A stretch of 52,259 nt of DNA. Source: a virus. Lineage: Duplodnaviria; Caudoviricetes. The stretch's first letter is position 1. Each line of letters opens with the position of its first letter. The stretch is from positions 1 to 52,259 of the IMG/VR virus record IMGVR_UViG_3300024232_000016; one strand, 5' to 3'. The notes below the pieces were generated by a model. That model saw nothing but the letters and a program-made list of their open reading frames with translations, was not told where the DNA came from and did not search any database. Shown here piece by piece: positions 51,951 through 52,259 of the stretch. The position numbers were made by a program, and so were the translations under genes.

Positions 51951-52259
51951 TTATACACCCTGCCGGAAATCATGTCTCGACCAATGACCACGTCCGTATC
52001 TACGTGGGGGTTGTAAGCCTTCCAGTCCCGACCATGACCATACAGAAAGTGGCAGCCATTCTCCTCACACAGGGTAATCAGGTTGCTGTCCACTAGCTCC
52101 AGGGCTGGGTACAAGTGATAGGGCTTCTTGTGGTGTACGTTTAGGTTCTGGGTGGTACCACACACATTACAGCGGGGGTCTTCAATCAGGTGACTAGCCC
52201 GCTTGGCTGGCCACTTGGGGCTTCTACCTTCCGTGGGCTTGCCAGCTAGGTAGAAGCCC
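51947..52259 (-). CDS. HNH endonuclease (5' end outside window)
   Basis: RSPKWPAKRASHL...RCNVCGTTQNLNVHHKKPYH..P.LEL...NLITLCE...CHFLYGH. Confidence 0.8.
   Translation of the reverse strand, partial: GFYLAGKPTEGRSPKWPAKRASHLIEDPRCNVCGTTQNLNVHHKKPYHLYPALELVDSNLITLCEENGCHFLYGHGRDWKAYNPHVDTDVVIGRDMISGRVYK

Noticed and set aside
1-52259. Stop-codon reassignment suggested by frequent TAG
   Set aside because: Conserved genes (PolA, UvrD, TS, UDG) are full length in the standard code, and TAG ends genes at sensible positions.

Overview
This window looks like a ~52 kb piece of a tailed dsDNA phage genome. The host is probably a Planctomycete, inferred only from the CsrA, the small secreted peptides and the style of the tail and lysis genes. 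No integrase, terminase or major capsid gene was recognised. From left to right it holds: (1) a minus-strand virion-accessory and putative lysis block built around a papain-like cysteine peptidase; (2) a minus-strand replication and DNA-modification block (AAA helicase, primase, CsrA, thymidylate-synthase-like hydroxymethylase, HAD nucleotidase, radical SAM, glycosyltransferase, aGPT-Pplase1/5hmdU-kinase-type protein, PolA, SSB, Sak4-like ATPase, PD-(D/E)XK nuclease, UDG, RuvC). This block is interrupted by a small plus-strand island carrying a type II hammerhead ribozyme, and by an ~0.8 kb non-coding tract with tRNA-like RNAs; (3) a plus-strand early/accessory block (two ParB-like DGQHR proteins, UvrD-like helicase, SprT-like protease); (4) a minus-strand morphogenesis block. 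The most striking element is in a 1373-aa portal-DUF5661-2H phosphoesterase-MuF fusion. Its MuF domain contains an intein whose apparent homing endonuclease (HTH + DUF559/Vsr-like) is encoded on the OPPOSITE strand, with its own near-consensus sigma70 promoter embedded in the intein's C-terminal splice motif. All family assignments come from motifs recognised by eye; no database searches were run.
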